Below, one piece after another: positions 52,001 through 64,000 of a DNA stretch of 64,000 bases (the stretch's first letter is position 1; the number at the start of each line of letters is the position of its first letter). The stretch is from contig JAJCTO010000009.1 of the NCBI GenBank assembly GCA_046563655.1, positions 1,116,001-1,180,000 of the forward strand, given 5' to 3'. Below the pieces are notes generated by a model. It had not been told where the DNA came from and ran no database searches. It saw only the letters and a program-made list of their open reading frames with translations. Source of the stretch: Yuukianura sp. NJ FZ-2021. Its lineage: Eukaryota. The position numbers were made by a program, and so were the translations under genes.

Positions 52001-54906
52001 CTGGTTAGAGCGTACTTAAAAGTTTGAATGAACCGTTCTGCCTCGGATTTTATCTTGGGTTGGAATACGGCACCCAGGGCAATGTCGAGCACCATTTTGA
52101 CGCAAAACGACTTAAATTTGTGACAATGAACATGCAAATGTGAGAATGAACAGAAAGTAATATATATTTTTGAAATCCTCATTAAAAGTGCTACAGGAAC
52201 CCACTTTCACTTGCTGTGTCGTCCCTCATCTAGTTACCTTTATTTATGAAAATTCATGTTTCAAAACAAAGAATTCAAAAGAAATGCATTCCGGAACGAT
52301 GCCGGGTAAAAGTCAACTATATTTTTGAAATCCTCCTGAAAAGTACTACAGGAACCCAACTTTAATTGGCGTGGAAAGATCGCAATTAAATCTAGTTAGA
52401 GCGTACTTAAAAGTTTGAATGAACCGTTCTGCCTCGGATTTTATCTTTGGTTGGAATACGGCACCCAGGGCAATGTCGAGCACCATTTTGACGCAAAACG
52501 ACTTAAATTTGTGAGAATCAACATGCAAATGTGAGAATGAACAGAAAGTAATATATATATTTGAAATCCTCATTAAAAGTGCTACAGGAACCCACTTTCA
52601 CTTGCTGTGTCGTCCCTCATCTAGTTACCTTTATTTATGAAAATTCATGTTTCAAAACAAAGAATTCAAAAGAAATGCATTCCGGAGCGATGCTGGGTAA
52701 AAGTCAGCTACATTTTTGAAATCCTCATAAAAAAGGCTAAAGGAGCCCACTTTCGCTGGCTGTGTTGTCCTTCATCTCGTGACTTTTTTTATGAAAATTT
52801 GTTTCAAAACAAATCATTCGAAAAACCTGCACGCGGAGCGATGCCGGGTGAAAATGTGTTACTTTTCTGAAATCCTCCTGAAAAGTACTACAGGAACCCA
52901 AGTTTAATTGGCGTGGATAGATCGCAATTAAATCTGGTTAGAGCGTACTTAAAAGTTTGAATGAACCGTTCTGCCTCGGATTTTATCTTTGGTTGGAATA
53001 CGGCAACCAGGGCAATGTCGAGCACCATTTTGACGCAAAACGACTTAAATTTGTGAGAATCAACATGCAAATGTGAGAATGAACAGAAAGTAATATATAT
53101 TTTTGAAATCCTCATTAAAAGTGCTACAGGAACCCACTTTCACTTGCTGTGTCGTCCCTCATCTAGTTACCTTTATTTATGAAAATTCATGTTTCAAAAC
53201 AAAAAATTCAAAAGAAATGCATTCCGGAACGATGCCGGGTAAAAGTCAACTATATTTTTGAAATCCTCCTGAAAAGTACTACAGGAACCCAACTTTAATT
53301 GGCGTGGAAAGATCGCAATTAAATCTAGTTAGAGCGTACTTAAAAGTTTGAATGAACCGTTCTGCCTCGGATTTTATCTTGGGTTGGAATACGGCACCCA
53401 GGGCAATGTCGAGCACCATTTTGACGCAAAACGACTTAAATTTGTGAGAATCAACATGCAAATGTTAGAATGAACAGAAAGTAATATATATTTTTGAAAT
53501 CCTCATTAAAAGTGCTACAGGAACCCACTTTTACTTGCTGTGTCGTCCCTCATCTAGTTACCTTTATTTATGAAAATTCATGTTTCAAAACAAAGAATTC
53601 AAAAGAAATGCATTCCGGAGCGATGCTGGGTGAAAGTCAGCTACATTTTTGAAATCCTCATAAAAAAGGCTAAAGGAGCCCACTTTCGCTTGCTGTGTTG
53701 TCCTTCATCTCGTGACTTTTTTTATGAAAATTTGTTTCAAAACAAATCATTCGAAAAACCTGCACGCGGAGCGATGCCGGGTGAAAATGTGTTACTTTTC
53801 TGAAATCCTCCTGAAAAGTACTACAGGAACCCAAGTTTAATTGGCGTGGATAGATCGCAATTAAATCTGGTTAGAGCGTACTTAAAAGTTTGAATGAACC
53901 GTTCTGCCTCGGATTTTATCTTTGGTTGGAATACGGCACAGAGGGCAATGTCGAGCACCATTTTGACGCAAAACGACTTAAATTTGTGAGAATCAACATG
54001 CAAATGTGAGAATGAACAGAAAGTAATATATATTTTTGAAATCCTCATGAAAAGGGCTACAGGAACCCACTTTCACTTGCTGTTTCGTTTCTCATCTTGT
54101 TACCTGTATTTATGAAAATTCATGTTTCAGAAAAAAGAATTCAAAAGAAATGCATTCCAGAACGATGCTGGATAAAAGTCAACTATATTTTTGAAATCCT
54201 CATAAAAAGGGCTACAGGAACCCACTTTCGCTTGCTGTGTCGTCCATCATCTTGTTACCTTTATTTATGAAAATTCATGTTTCAAAACAAAGAATTCAAA
54301 AGAAATGCATTCCAGAACGATGCTGGGTAAAAGTCAACAATATTTTTGAAATCCTCATAAAAAGGGCTACAGGAACCCACTTTCAATTGCTGTGTTCTCC
54401 CTCATCTTGTGACTTTTTTTAATGAAAATTTGTTTCAAAACAAATCATTCAAAAAACCTCCACGCGGAGCGATGCCGGGTGAAAAGGAGTTACTTTTCTG
54501 AAATCCTCCTGAAAAGTACTACAGGAACCCAAATTTAATTGGCGTGGATAGGTCGCAATTAAATCTGGTTAGAGCGTACTTAAAAGTCTGAATGAACCGC
54601 TCTGCCGCGGATTTTATTTTGGTTTGGAATACGACACCCAGGGCAATGTGGAGCACCATTTTGACGCAAAACGACTTAAATTTGTGAGAATGAACATGCA
54701 AATGTGAGAATGAACAGAAAGTAAATTACATTTTTGAAATCCTCATAAAAAGAGCTACAGGAACCCACTTTCACTTGCTGTGTCGTCCCTCATCTCGTGA
54801 CTTTGTTTTATGAAAATTTGTTTCAAAACAAATCATTCAAAAAACCTCCACGCGGAGCGATGCCGGGTGAAAAGGAGTTACTTTTCTGAAATCCTCCTGA
54901 AAAGTA

Positions 54907-57900
54907 CTACAGGAACCCAAGTTTAATTGGCGTGGATAGATCGCAATTAAATCTGGTTAGAGCGTACTTAAAAGTTTGAATGAACCGTTCTGCCTCGGAT
55001 TTTATCTTTGGTTGGAATACGGCACCCAGGGCAATGTCGAGCACCATTTTGACGCAAAACGACTTAAATTTGTGAGAATCAACATGCAAATGTGAGAATG
55101 AACAGAAAGTAATATATATTTTTGAAATCCTCATTAAAAGTGCTACAGGAACCCACTTTCACTTGCTGTGTCGTCCCTCATCTAGTTACCTTTATTTATG
55201 AAAATTTGTTTCAAAACAAATCATTCGAAAAACCTGCGCGCGGAGCGATGCCGGGTGAAAATGAGTTACTTTTCTGAAATGCTCCTGAAAAGTACTACAG
55301 GAACCCAAATTTAATTGGCGTGGATAGGTCGCAATTAAATCTGGTTAGAGCGTACTTAAAAGTCTGAATGAACCGCTCTGCCGCGGATTTTATTTTGGTT
55401 TGGAATACGACACCCAGGGCAATGTGGAGCACCACTTTGACGCAAAACGACTTAAATTTGTGAGAATGAACATGCAAATGTGAGAATGAACAGAAAGTAA
55501 ATTACATTTTTGAAATCCTCATAAAAAGAGCTACAGGAACCCACTTTCACTTGCTGTGTCGTCCCTCATCTCGTGACTTTGTTTTATGAAAATTTGTTTC
55601 AAAACAAATCATTCAAAAAACCTCCACGCGGAGCGATGCCGGGTGAAAAGGAGTTACTTTTCTGAAATCCTCCTGAAAAGTACTACAGGAACCCAAGTTT
55701 AATTGGCGTGGATAGATCGCAATTAAATCTGGTTAGAGCGTACTTAAAAGTTTGAATGAACCGTTCTGCCTCGGATTTTATCTTTGGTTGGAATACGGCA
55801 ACCAGGGCAATGTCGAGCACCATTTTGACGCAAAACGACTTAAATTTGTGAGAATCAACATGCAAATGTGAGAATGAACAGAAAGTAATATATATTTTTG
55901 AAATCCTCATTAAAAGTGCTACAGGAACCCACTTTCACTTGCTGTGTCGTCCCTCATCTAGTTACCTTTATTTATGAAAATTCATGTTTCAAAACAAAAA
56001 ATTCAAAAGAAATGCATTCCGGAACGATGCCGGGTAAAAGTCAACTATATTTTTGAAATCCTCCTGAAAAGTACTACAGGAACCCAACTTTAATTGGCGT
56101 GGAAAGATCGCAATTAAATCTAGTTAGAGCGTACTTAAAAGTTTGAATGAACCGTTCTGCCTCGGATTTTATCTTGGGTTGGAATACGGCACCCAGGGCA
56201 ATGTCGAGCACCATTTTGACGCAAAACGACTTAAATTTGTGAGAATCAACATGCAAATGTTAGAATGAACAGAAAGTAATATATATTTTTGAAATCCTCA
56301 TTAAAAGTGCTACAGGAACCCACTTTTACTTGCTGTGTCGTCCCTCATCTAGTTACCTTTATTTATGAAAATTCATGTTTCAAAACAAAGAATTCAAAAG
56401 AAATGCATTCCGGAGCGATGCTGGGTGAAAGTCAGCTACATTTTTGAAATCCTCATAAAAAAGGCTAAAGGAGCCCACTTTCGCTTGCTGTGTTGTCCTT
56501 CATCTCGTGACTTTTTTTTTATGAAAATTTGTTTCAGAACAAATCATTCGAAAAACCTGCACGCGGAGCGATGCCGGGTGAAAATGTGTTACTTTTCTGA
56601 AATCCTCCTGAAAAGTACTACAGGAACCCAAGTTTAATTGGCGTGGATAGATCGCAATTAAATCTGGTTAGAGCGTACTTAAAAGTTTGAATGAACCGTT
56701 CTGCCTCGGATTTTATCTTTGGTTGGAATACGGCACAGAGGGCAATGTCGAGCACCATTTTGACGCAAAACGACTTAAATTTGTGAGAATCAACATGCAA
56801 ATGTGAGAATGAACAGAAAGTAATATATATTTTTGAAATCCTCATTAAAAGTGCTACAGGAACCCACTTTCACTTGCTGTGTCGTCCCTCATCTAGTTAC
56901 CTTTATTTATGAAAATTTGTTTCAAAACAAATCATTCGAAAAACCTGCGCGCGGAGCGATGCCGGGTGAAAATGAGTTACTTTTCTGAAATGCTCCTGAA
57001 AAGTACTACAGGAACCCAAATTTAATTGGCGTGGATAGGTCGCAATTAAATCTGGTTAGAGCGTACTTAAAAGTCTGAATGAACCGCTCTGCCGCGGATT
57101 TTATTTTGGTTTGGAATACGACACCCAGGGCAATGTGGAGCACCACTTTGACGCAAAACGACTTAAATTTGTGAGAATGAACATGCAAATGTGAGAATGA
57201 ACAGAAAGTAAATTACATTTTTGAAATCCTCATAAAAAGAGCTACAGGAACCCACTTTCACTTGCTGTGTCGTCCCTCATCTCGTGACTTTGTTTTATGA
57301 AAATTTGTTTCAAAACAAATCATTCAAAAAACCTCCACGCGGAGCGATGCCGGGTGAAAAGGAGTTACTTTTCTGAAATCCTCCTGAAAAGTACTACAGG
57401 AACCCAAGTTTAATTGGCGTGGATAGATCGCAATTAAATCTGGTTAGAGCGTACTTAAAAGTTTGAATGAACCGTTCTGCCTCGGATTTTATCTTTGGTT
57501 GGAATACGGCAACCAGGGCAATGTCGAGCACCATTTTGACGCAAAACGACTTAAATTTGTGAGAATCAACATGCAAATGTGAGAATGAACAGAAAGTAAT
57601 ATATATTTTTGAAATCCTCATTAAAAGTGCTACAGGAACCCACTTTCACTTGCTGTGTCGTCCCTCATCTAGTTACCTTTATTTATGAAAATTCATGTTT
57701 CAAAACAAAAAATTCAAAAGAAATGCATTCCGGAACGATGCCGGGTAAAAGTCAACTATATTTTTGAAATCCTCCTGAAAAGTACTACAGGAACCCAACT
57801 TTAATTGGCGTGGAAAGATCGCAATTAAATCTAGTTAGAGCGTACTTAAAAGTTTGAATGAACCGTTCTGCCTCGGATTTTATCTTGGGTTGGAATACGG

Positions 57901-58327
57901 CACCCAGGGCAATGTCGAGCACCATTTTGACGCAAAACGACTTAAATTTGTGAGAATCAACATGCAAATGTTAGAATGAACAGAAAGTAATATATATTTT
58001 TGAAATCCTCATTAAAAGTGCTACAGGAACCCACTTTTACTTGCTGTGTCGTCCCTCATCTAGTTACCTTTATTTATGAAAATTCATGTTTCAAAACAAA
58101 GAATTCAAAAGAAATGCATTCCGGAGCGATGCTGGGTGAAAGTCAGCTACATTTTTGAAATCCTCATAAAAAAGGCTAAAGGAGCCCACTTTCGCTTGCT
58201 GTGTTGTCCTTCATCTCGTGACTTTTTTTTATGAAAATTTGTTTCAGAGCAAATCATTCGAAAAACCTGCACGCGGAGCGATGCCGGGTGAAAATGTGTT
58301 ACTTTTCTGAAATCCTCCTGAAAAGTA
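54907..58327 (+). repeat. HOR of ~1711 bp (388+388+391+544) x2
   Basis: Anchor pairs 55295/57006, 55683/57394, 56074/57785 and 56618/58328 carry matching private variants (CACCACTTTG, GGCAACCAGG, TGTTAGAATG, GGCACAGAGG). Confidence 0.9.
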
Positions 58328-61300
58328 CTACAGGAACCCAAGTTTAATTGGCGTGGATAGATCGCAATTAAATCTGGTTAGAGCGTACTTAAAAGTTTGA
58401 ATGAACCGTTCTGCCTCGGATTTTATCTTTGGTTGGAATACGGCACAGAGGGCAATGTCGAGCACCATTTTGACGCAAAACGACTTAAATTTGTGAGAAT
58501 CAACATGCAAATGTGAGAATGAACAGAAAGTAATATATATTTTTGAAATCCTCATGAAAAGGGCTACAGGAACCCACTTTCACTTGCTGTTTCGTTTCTC
58601 ATCTTGTTACCTGTATTTATGAAAATTCATGTTTCAGAAAAAGAATTCAAAAGAAATGCATTCCAGAACGATGCTGGATAAAAGTCAACTATATTTTTGA
58701 AATCCTCATAAAAAGGGCTACAGGAACCCACTTTCGCTTGCTGTGTCGTCCATCATCTTGTTACCTTTATTTATGAAAATTCATGTTTCAAAACAAAGAA
58801 TTCAAAAGAAATGCATTCCAGAACGATGCTGGGTAAAAGTCAACAATATTTTTGAAATCCTCATAAAAAGGGCTACAGGAACCCACTTTCAATTGCTGTG
58901 TTCTCCCTCATCTTGTGACTTTTTTTAATGAAAATTTGTTTCAAAACAAATCATTCAAAAAACCTCCACGCGGAGCGATGCCGGGTGAAAAGGAGTTACT
59001 TTTCTGAAATCCTCCTGAAAAGTACTACAGGAACCCAAATTTAATTGGCGTGGATAGGTCGCAATTAAATCTGGTTAGAGCGTACTTAAAAGTCTGAATG
59101 AACCGCTCTGCCGCGGATTTTATTTTGGTTTGGAATACGACACCCAGGGCAATGTGGAGCACCACTTTGACGCAAAACGACTTAAATTTGTGAGAATGAA
59201 CATGCAAATGTGAGAATGAACAGAAAGTAAATTACATTTTTGAAATCCTCATAAAAGAGCTACAGGAACCCACTTTCACTTGCTGTGTCGTCCCTCATCT
59301 CGTGACTTTGTTTTATGAAAATTTGTTTCAAAACAAATCATTCAAAAAACCTCCACGCGGAGCGATGCCGGGTGAAAAGGAGTTACTTTTCTGAAATCCT
59401 CCTGAAAAGTACTACAGGAACCCAAGTTTAATTGGCGTGGATAGATCGCAATTAAATCTGGTTAGAGCGTACTTAAAAGTTTGAATGAACCGTTCTGCCT
59501 CGGATTTTATCTTTGGTTGGAATACGGCACCCAGGGCAATGTCGAGCACCATTTTGACGCAAAACGACTTAAATTTGTGAGAATCAACATGCAAATGTGA
59601 GAATGAACAGAAAGTAATATATATTTTTGAAATCCTCATTAAAAGTGCTACAGGAACCCACTTTCGCTTGCTGTGTCGTCCCTCATCTAGTTACCTTTAT
59701 TTATGAAAATTTGTTTCAAAACAAATCATTCGAAAAACCTGCGCGCGGAGCGATGCCGGGTGAAAATGAGTTACTTTTCTGAAATGCTCCTGAAAAGTAC
59801 TACAGGAACCCAAGTTTATTTGGCGTGGATAGATCGCAATTAAATCTGGTTAGAGCGTACTTAAAAGTTTGAATGAACCGTTCTGCCTCGGATTTTATCT
59901 TGGGTTGGAATACGGCACCCAGGGCAATGTCGAGCACCATTTTGACGCAAAACGACTTAAATTTGTGAGAATCAACATGCAAATGTGAGAATGAACAGAA
60001 AGTAATATATATTTTTGAAATCCTCATTAAAAGTGCTACAGGAACCCACTTTCACTTGCTGTGTCGTCCCTCATCTAGTTACCTTTATTTATGAAAATTC
60101 ATGTTTCAAAACAAAAAATTCAAAAGAAATGCATTCCGGAACGATGCCGGGTAAAAGTCAACTATATTTTTGAAATCCTCCTGAAAAGTACTACAGGAAC
60201 CCAACTTTAATTGGCGTGGAAAGATCGCAATTAAATCTAGTTAGAGCGTACTTAAAAGTTTGAATGAACCGTTCTGCCTCGGATTTTATCTTGGGTTGGA
60301 ATACGGCACCCAGGGCAATGTCGAGCACCATTTTGACGCAAAACGACTTAAATTTGTGAGAATCAACATGCAAATGTTAGAATGAACAGAAAGTAATATA
60401 TATTTTTGAAATCCTCATTAAAAGTGCTACAGGAACCCACTTTTACTTGCTGTGTCGTCCCTCATCTAGTTACCTTTATTTATGAAAATTCATGTTTCAA
60501 AACAAAGAATTCAAAAGAAATGCATTCCGGAGCGATGCTGGGTGAAAGTCAGCTACATTTTTGAAATCCTCATAAAAAAGGCTAAAGGAGCCCACTTTCG
60601 CTTGCTGTGTTGTCCTTCATCTCGTGACTTTTTTTTATGAAAATTTGTTTCAGAGCAAATCATTCGAAAAACCTGCACGCGGAGCGATGCCGGGTGAAAA
60701 TGTGTTACTTTTCTGAAATCCTCCTGAAAAGTACTACAGGAACCCAAGTTTAATTGGCGTGGATAGATCGCAATTAAATCTGGTTAGAGCGTACTTAAAA
60801 GTTTGAATGAACCGTTCTGCCTCGGATTTTATCTTTGGTTGGAATACGGCACAGAGGGCAATGTCGAGCACCATTTTGACGCAAAACGACTTAAATTTGT
60901 GAGAATCAACATGCAAATGTGAGAATGAACAGAAAGTAATATATATTTTTGAAATCCTCATGAAAAGGGCTACAGGAACCCACTTTCACTTGCTGTTTCG
61001 TTTCTCATCTTGTTACCTGTATTTATGAAAATTCATGTTTCAGAAAAAAGAATTCAAAAGAAATGCATTCCAGAACGATGCTGGATAAAAGTCAACTATA
61101 TTTTTGAAATCCTCATAAAAAGGGCTACAGGCACCCACTTTCGCTTGCTGTGTCGTCCATCATCTTGTTACCTTTATTTATGAAAATTCATGTTTCAAAA
61201 CAAAGAATTCAAAAGAAATGCATTCCAGAACGATGCTGGGTAAAAGTCAACAATATTTTTGAAATCCTCATAAAAAGGGCTACAGGAACCCACTTTCAAT

Positions 61301-62595
61301 TGCTGTGTTCTCCCTCATCTTGTGACTTTTTTTAATGAAAATTTGTTTCAAAACAAATCATTCAAAAAACCTCCACGCGGAGCGATGCCGGGTGAAAAGG
61401 AGTTACTTTTCTGAAATCCTCCTGAAAAGTACTACAGGAACCCAAATTTAATTGGCGTGGATAGGTCGCAATTAAATCTGGTTAGAGCGTACTTAAAAGT
61501 CTGAATGAACCGCTCTGCCGCGGATTTTATTTTGGTTTGGAATACGACACCCAGGGCAATGTGGAGCACCACTTTGACGCAAAACGACTTAAATTTGTGA
61601 GAATGAACATGCAAATGTGAGAATGAACAGAAAGTAAATTACATTTTTGAAATCCTCATAAAAAGAGCTACAGGAACCCACTTTCACTTGCTGTGTCGTC
61701 CCTCATCTCGTGACTTTGTTTTATGAAAATTTGTTTCAAAACAAATCATTCAAAAAACCTCCACGCGGAGCGATGCCGGGTGAAAAGGAGTTACTTTTCT
61801 GAAATCCTCCTGAAAAGTACTACAGGAACCCAAGTTTAATTGGCGTGGATAGATCGCAATTAAATCTGGTTAGAGCGTACTTAAAAGTTTGAATGAACCG
61901 TTCTGCCTCGGATTTTATCTTTGGTTGGAATACGGCACCCAGGGCAATGTCGAGCACCATTTTGACGCAAAACGACTTAAATTTGTGAGAATCAACATGC
62001 AAATGTGAGAATGAACAGAAAGTAATATATATTTTTGAAATCCTCATTAAAAGTGCTACAGGAACCCACTTTCGCTTGCTGTGTCGTCCCTCATCTAGTT
62101 ACCTTTATTTATGAAAATTTGTTTCAAAACAAATCATTCGAAAAACCTGCGCGCGGAGCGATGCCGGGTGAAAATGAGTTACTTTTCTGAAATGCTCCTG
62201 AAAAGTACTACAGGAACCCAAGTTTATTTGGCGTGGATAGATCGCAATTAAATCTGGTTAGAGCGTACTTAAAAGTTTGAATGAACCGTTCTGCCTCGGA
62301 TTTTATCTTGGGTTGGAATACGGCACCCAGGGCAATGTCGAGCACCATTTTGACGCAAAACGACTTAAATTTGTGAGAATCAACATGCAAATGTGAGAAT
62401 GAACAGAAAGTAATATATATTTTTGAAATCCTCATTAAAAGTGCTACAGGAACCCACTTTCGCTTGCTGTGTCGTCCCTCATCTAGTTACCTTTATTTAT
62501 GAAAATTTGTTTCAAAACAAATCATTCGAAAAACCTGCGCGCGGAGCGATGCCGGGTGAAAATGAGTTACTTTTCTGAAATGCTGCTGAAAAGAA
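57785..62595 (+). repeat. HOR of ~2407 bp (543+697+388+388+391), about 2 copies, with a partial copy at 53279-55294
   Basis: Anchor pairs 57785/60191, 58328/60734, 59025/61432, 59412/61820 and 59800/62208 have offsets of 2406-2408 and share variants such as TTCAGAGCAAAT and CTTTCAATTG. Confidence 0.9.
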
Positions 62596-63958
62596 CTACA
62601 GGAACCCAAGTTTATTTGGCGTGGATAGATCGCAATTAAATCTGGTTAGAGCGTACTTAAAAGTTTGAATGAACCGTTCTGCCTCGGATTTTATCTTGGG
62701 TTGGAATACGGCACCCAGGGCAATGTCGAGCACCATTTTGACGCAAAACGACTTAAATTTGTGACAATGAACATGCAAATGTGAGAATGAACAGAAAGTA
62801 ATATATATTTTTGAAATCCTCATTAAAAGTGCTACAGGAACCCACTTTCACTTGCTGTGTTGTCCCTCATCTAGTTACCTTTATTTATGAAAATTCATGT
62901 TTCAAAACAAAGACTTCAAAAGAAATGCATTCCGGAGCGATGCTGGGTAAAAGTCAACTATATTTTTGAAACCTCATAAAAAGGGCTACAGGAACCCACT
63001 TTCACTTGCTGTGTCGTCCCTCATCTCGTGACTTTTTTATGAAAATTTGTTTCAAAACAAATCATTCGAAAAACCTGCACGCGGAGCGATGCCGGGTGAA
63101 AATGTGTTACTTTTCTGAAATCCTCCTGAAAAGTACTACAGGAACCCAAGTTTAATTGGCGTGGATAGATCGCAATTAAATCTGGTTAGAGCGTACTTAA
63201 AAGTTTGAATGAACCGTTCTGCCTCGGATTTTATCTTTGGTTGGAATACGGCACCCAGGGCAATGTCGAGCACCATTTTGACGCAAAACGACTTAAATTT
63301 GTGACAATGAACATGCAAATGTGAGAATGAACAGAAAGTAATATATATTTTTGAAATCCTCATTAAAAGTGCTACAGGAACCCACTTTCACTTGCTGTGT
63401 TGTCCCTCATCTAGTTACCTTTATTTATGAAAATTCATGTTTCAAAACAAAGACTTCAAAAGAAATGCATTCCGGAGCGATGCTGGGTAAAAGTCAACTA
63501 TATTTTTGAAACCTCATAAAAAGGGCTACAGGAACCCACTTTCACTTGCTGTGTCGTCCCTCATCTCGTGACTTTTTTTATGAAAATTTGTTTCAAAACA
63601 AATCATTCGAAAAACCTGCACGCGGAGCGATGCCGGGTGAAAATGTGTTACTTTTCTGAAATCCTCCTGAAAAGTACTACAGGAACCCAAGTTTAATTGG
63701 CGTGGATAGATCGCAATTAAATCTGGTTAGAGCGTACTTAAAAGTTTGAATGAACCGTTCTGCCTCGGATTTTATCTTGGGTTGGAATACGGCACCCAGG
63801 GCAATGTCGAGCACCATTTTGACGCAAAACGACTTAAATTTGTGAGAATCAACATGCAAATGTGAGAATGAACAGAAAGTAATATATATTTTTGAAATCC
63901 TCATTAAAAGTGCTACAGGAACCCACTTTTACTTGCTGTGTCGTCCCTCATCTAGTTA

Positions 63959-64000
63959 GTAGAATGTAAGGTAGGACAACAGCACCCTCCTATTTTTAGA
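63959..64000. other. Non-satellite sequence (array edge or start of an insertion)
   Basis: The B consensus TCTAGTTA|CCTTT is replaced by TCTAGTTA|GTAGAATGTAAGGTAGGACAAC..., which has no match in the array. Confidence 0.85.

Larger units (their letters stand above)
1..63958. repeat. Composite tandem satellite array, unit = A(236 bp) + n x B/C(~151-155 bp), about 125 units, one orientation throughout
   Basis: The anchor CTACAGGAACCCAAGTTTAATTGG recurs at 177, 719, 1261, 1802 ... 63677. Spacings cluster at about 388-391, 540-546, 695-701 and 1163 bp. Copies are nearly identical. Confidence 0.99.

Noticed and set aside
2093..61335. Plus-strand 60-100 aa ORFs (MKIHVSKQ..., MKSSLKV...)
   Set aside because: Their frames change with homopolymer length and they are incidental to monomers B and C.
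177..63904. Repeated 75-aa minus-strand ORF (MRISKIYITF...) as a multicopy gene
   Set aside because: It is just the antisense of monomer A and has no recognisable domain. It is frameshifted or stopped in several amplified lineages (for example 49705, 53279, 55295), and many variants change amino acids.
1..63958. CRISPR-like array (conserved junction motif plus spacers)
   Set aside because: The spacers are long and repeated, not unique, and there are no cas genes.

Overview
This window contains no genes. Positions 1-63958 are one head-to-tail, single-orientation, AT-rich eukaryotic satellite array, probably (peri)centromeric or heterochromatic. I do not recognise the family or the organism. 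It is built from three monomers that share a junction motif (...TTTTGAAATCCTC..AAAAG..CTACAGGAACCCA): A (236 bp, with a unique core), B (155 bp) and C (about 151-152 bp, a diverged B). The repeat unit is A + n x (B/C). About 125 A-anchored units occur, with lengths of about 388-391 (n=1), 540-546 (n=2, the commonest), 695-701 (n=3) and 1163 (n=6). Local higher-order repeats (HORs) of about 1.08, 1.47, 1.71 and 2.41 kb are visible from shared point variants. There is also an apparent ~10 kb duplication and a more diverged subfamily from about 49.6 kb. A 100-N scaffold gap lies at 7426-7525, and several scrambled stretches (27.4-29.6 kb) look like consensus artefacts. The satellite stops abruptly at 63958. 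All ORFs in the track are by-products of the repeat. I find no support for a new protein-coding system; the points of interest are the repeat architecture and the motifs in monomer A. All counts and alignments were done by eye.
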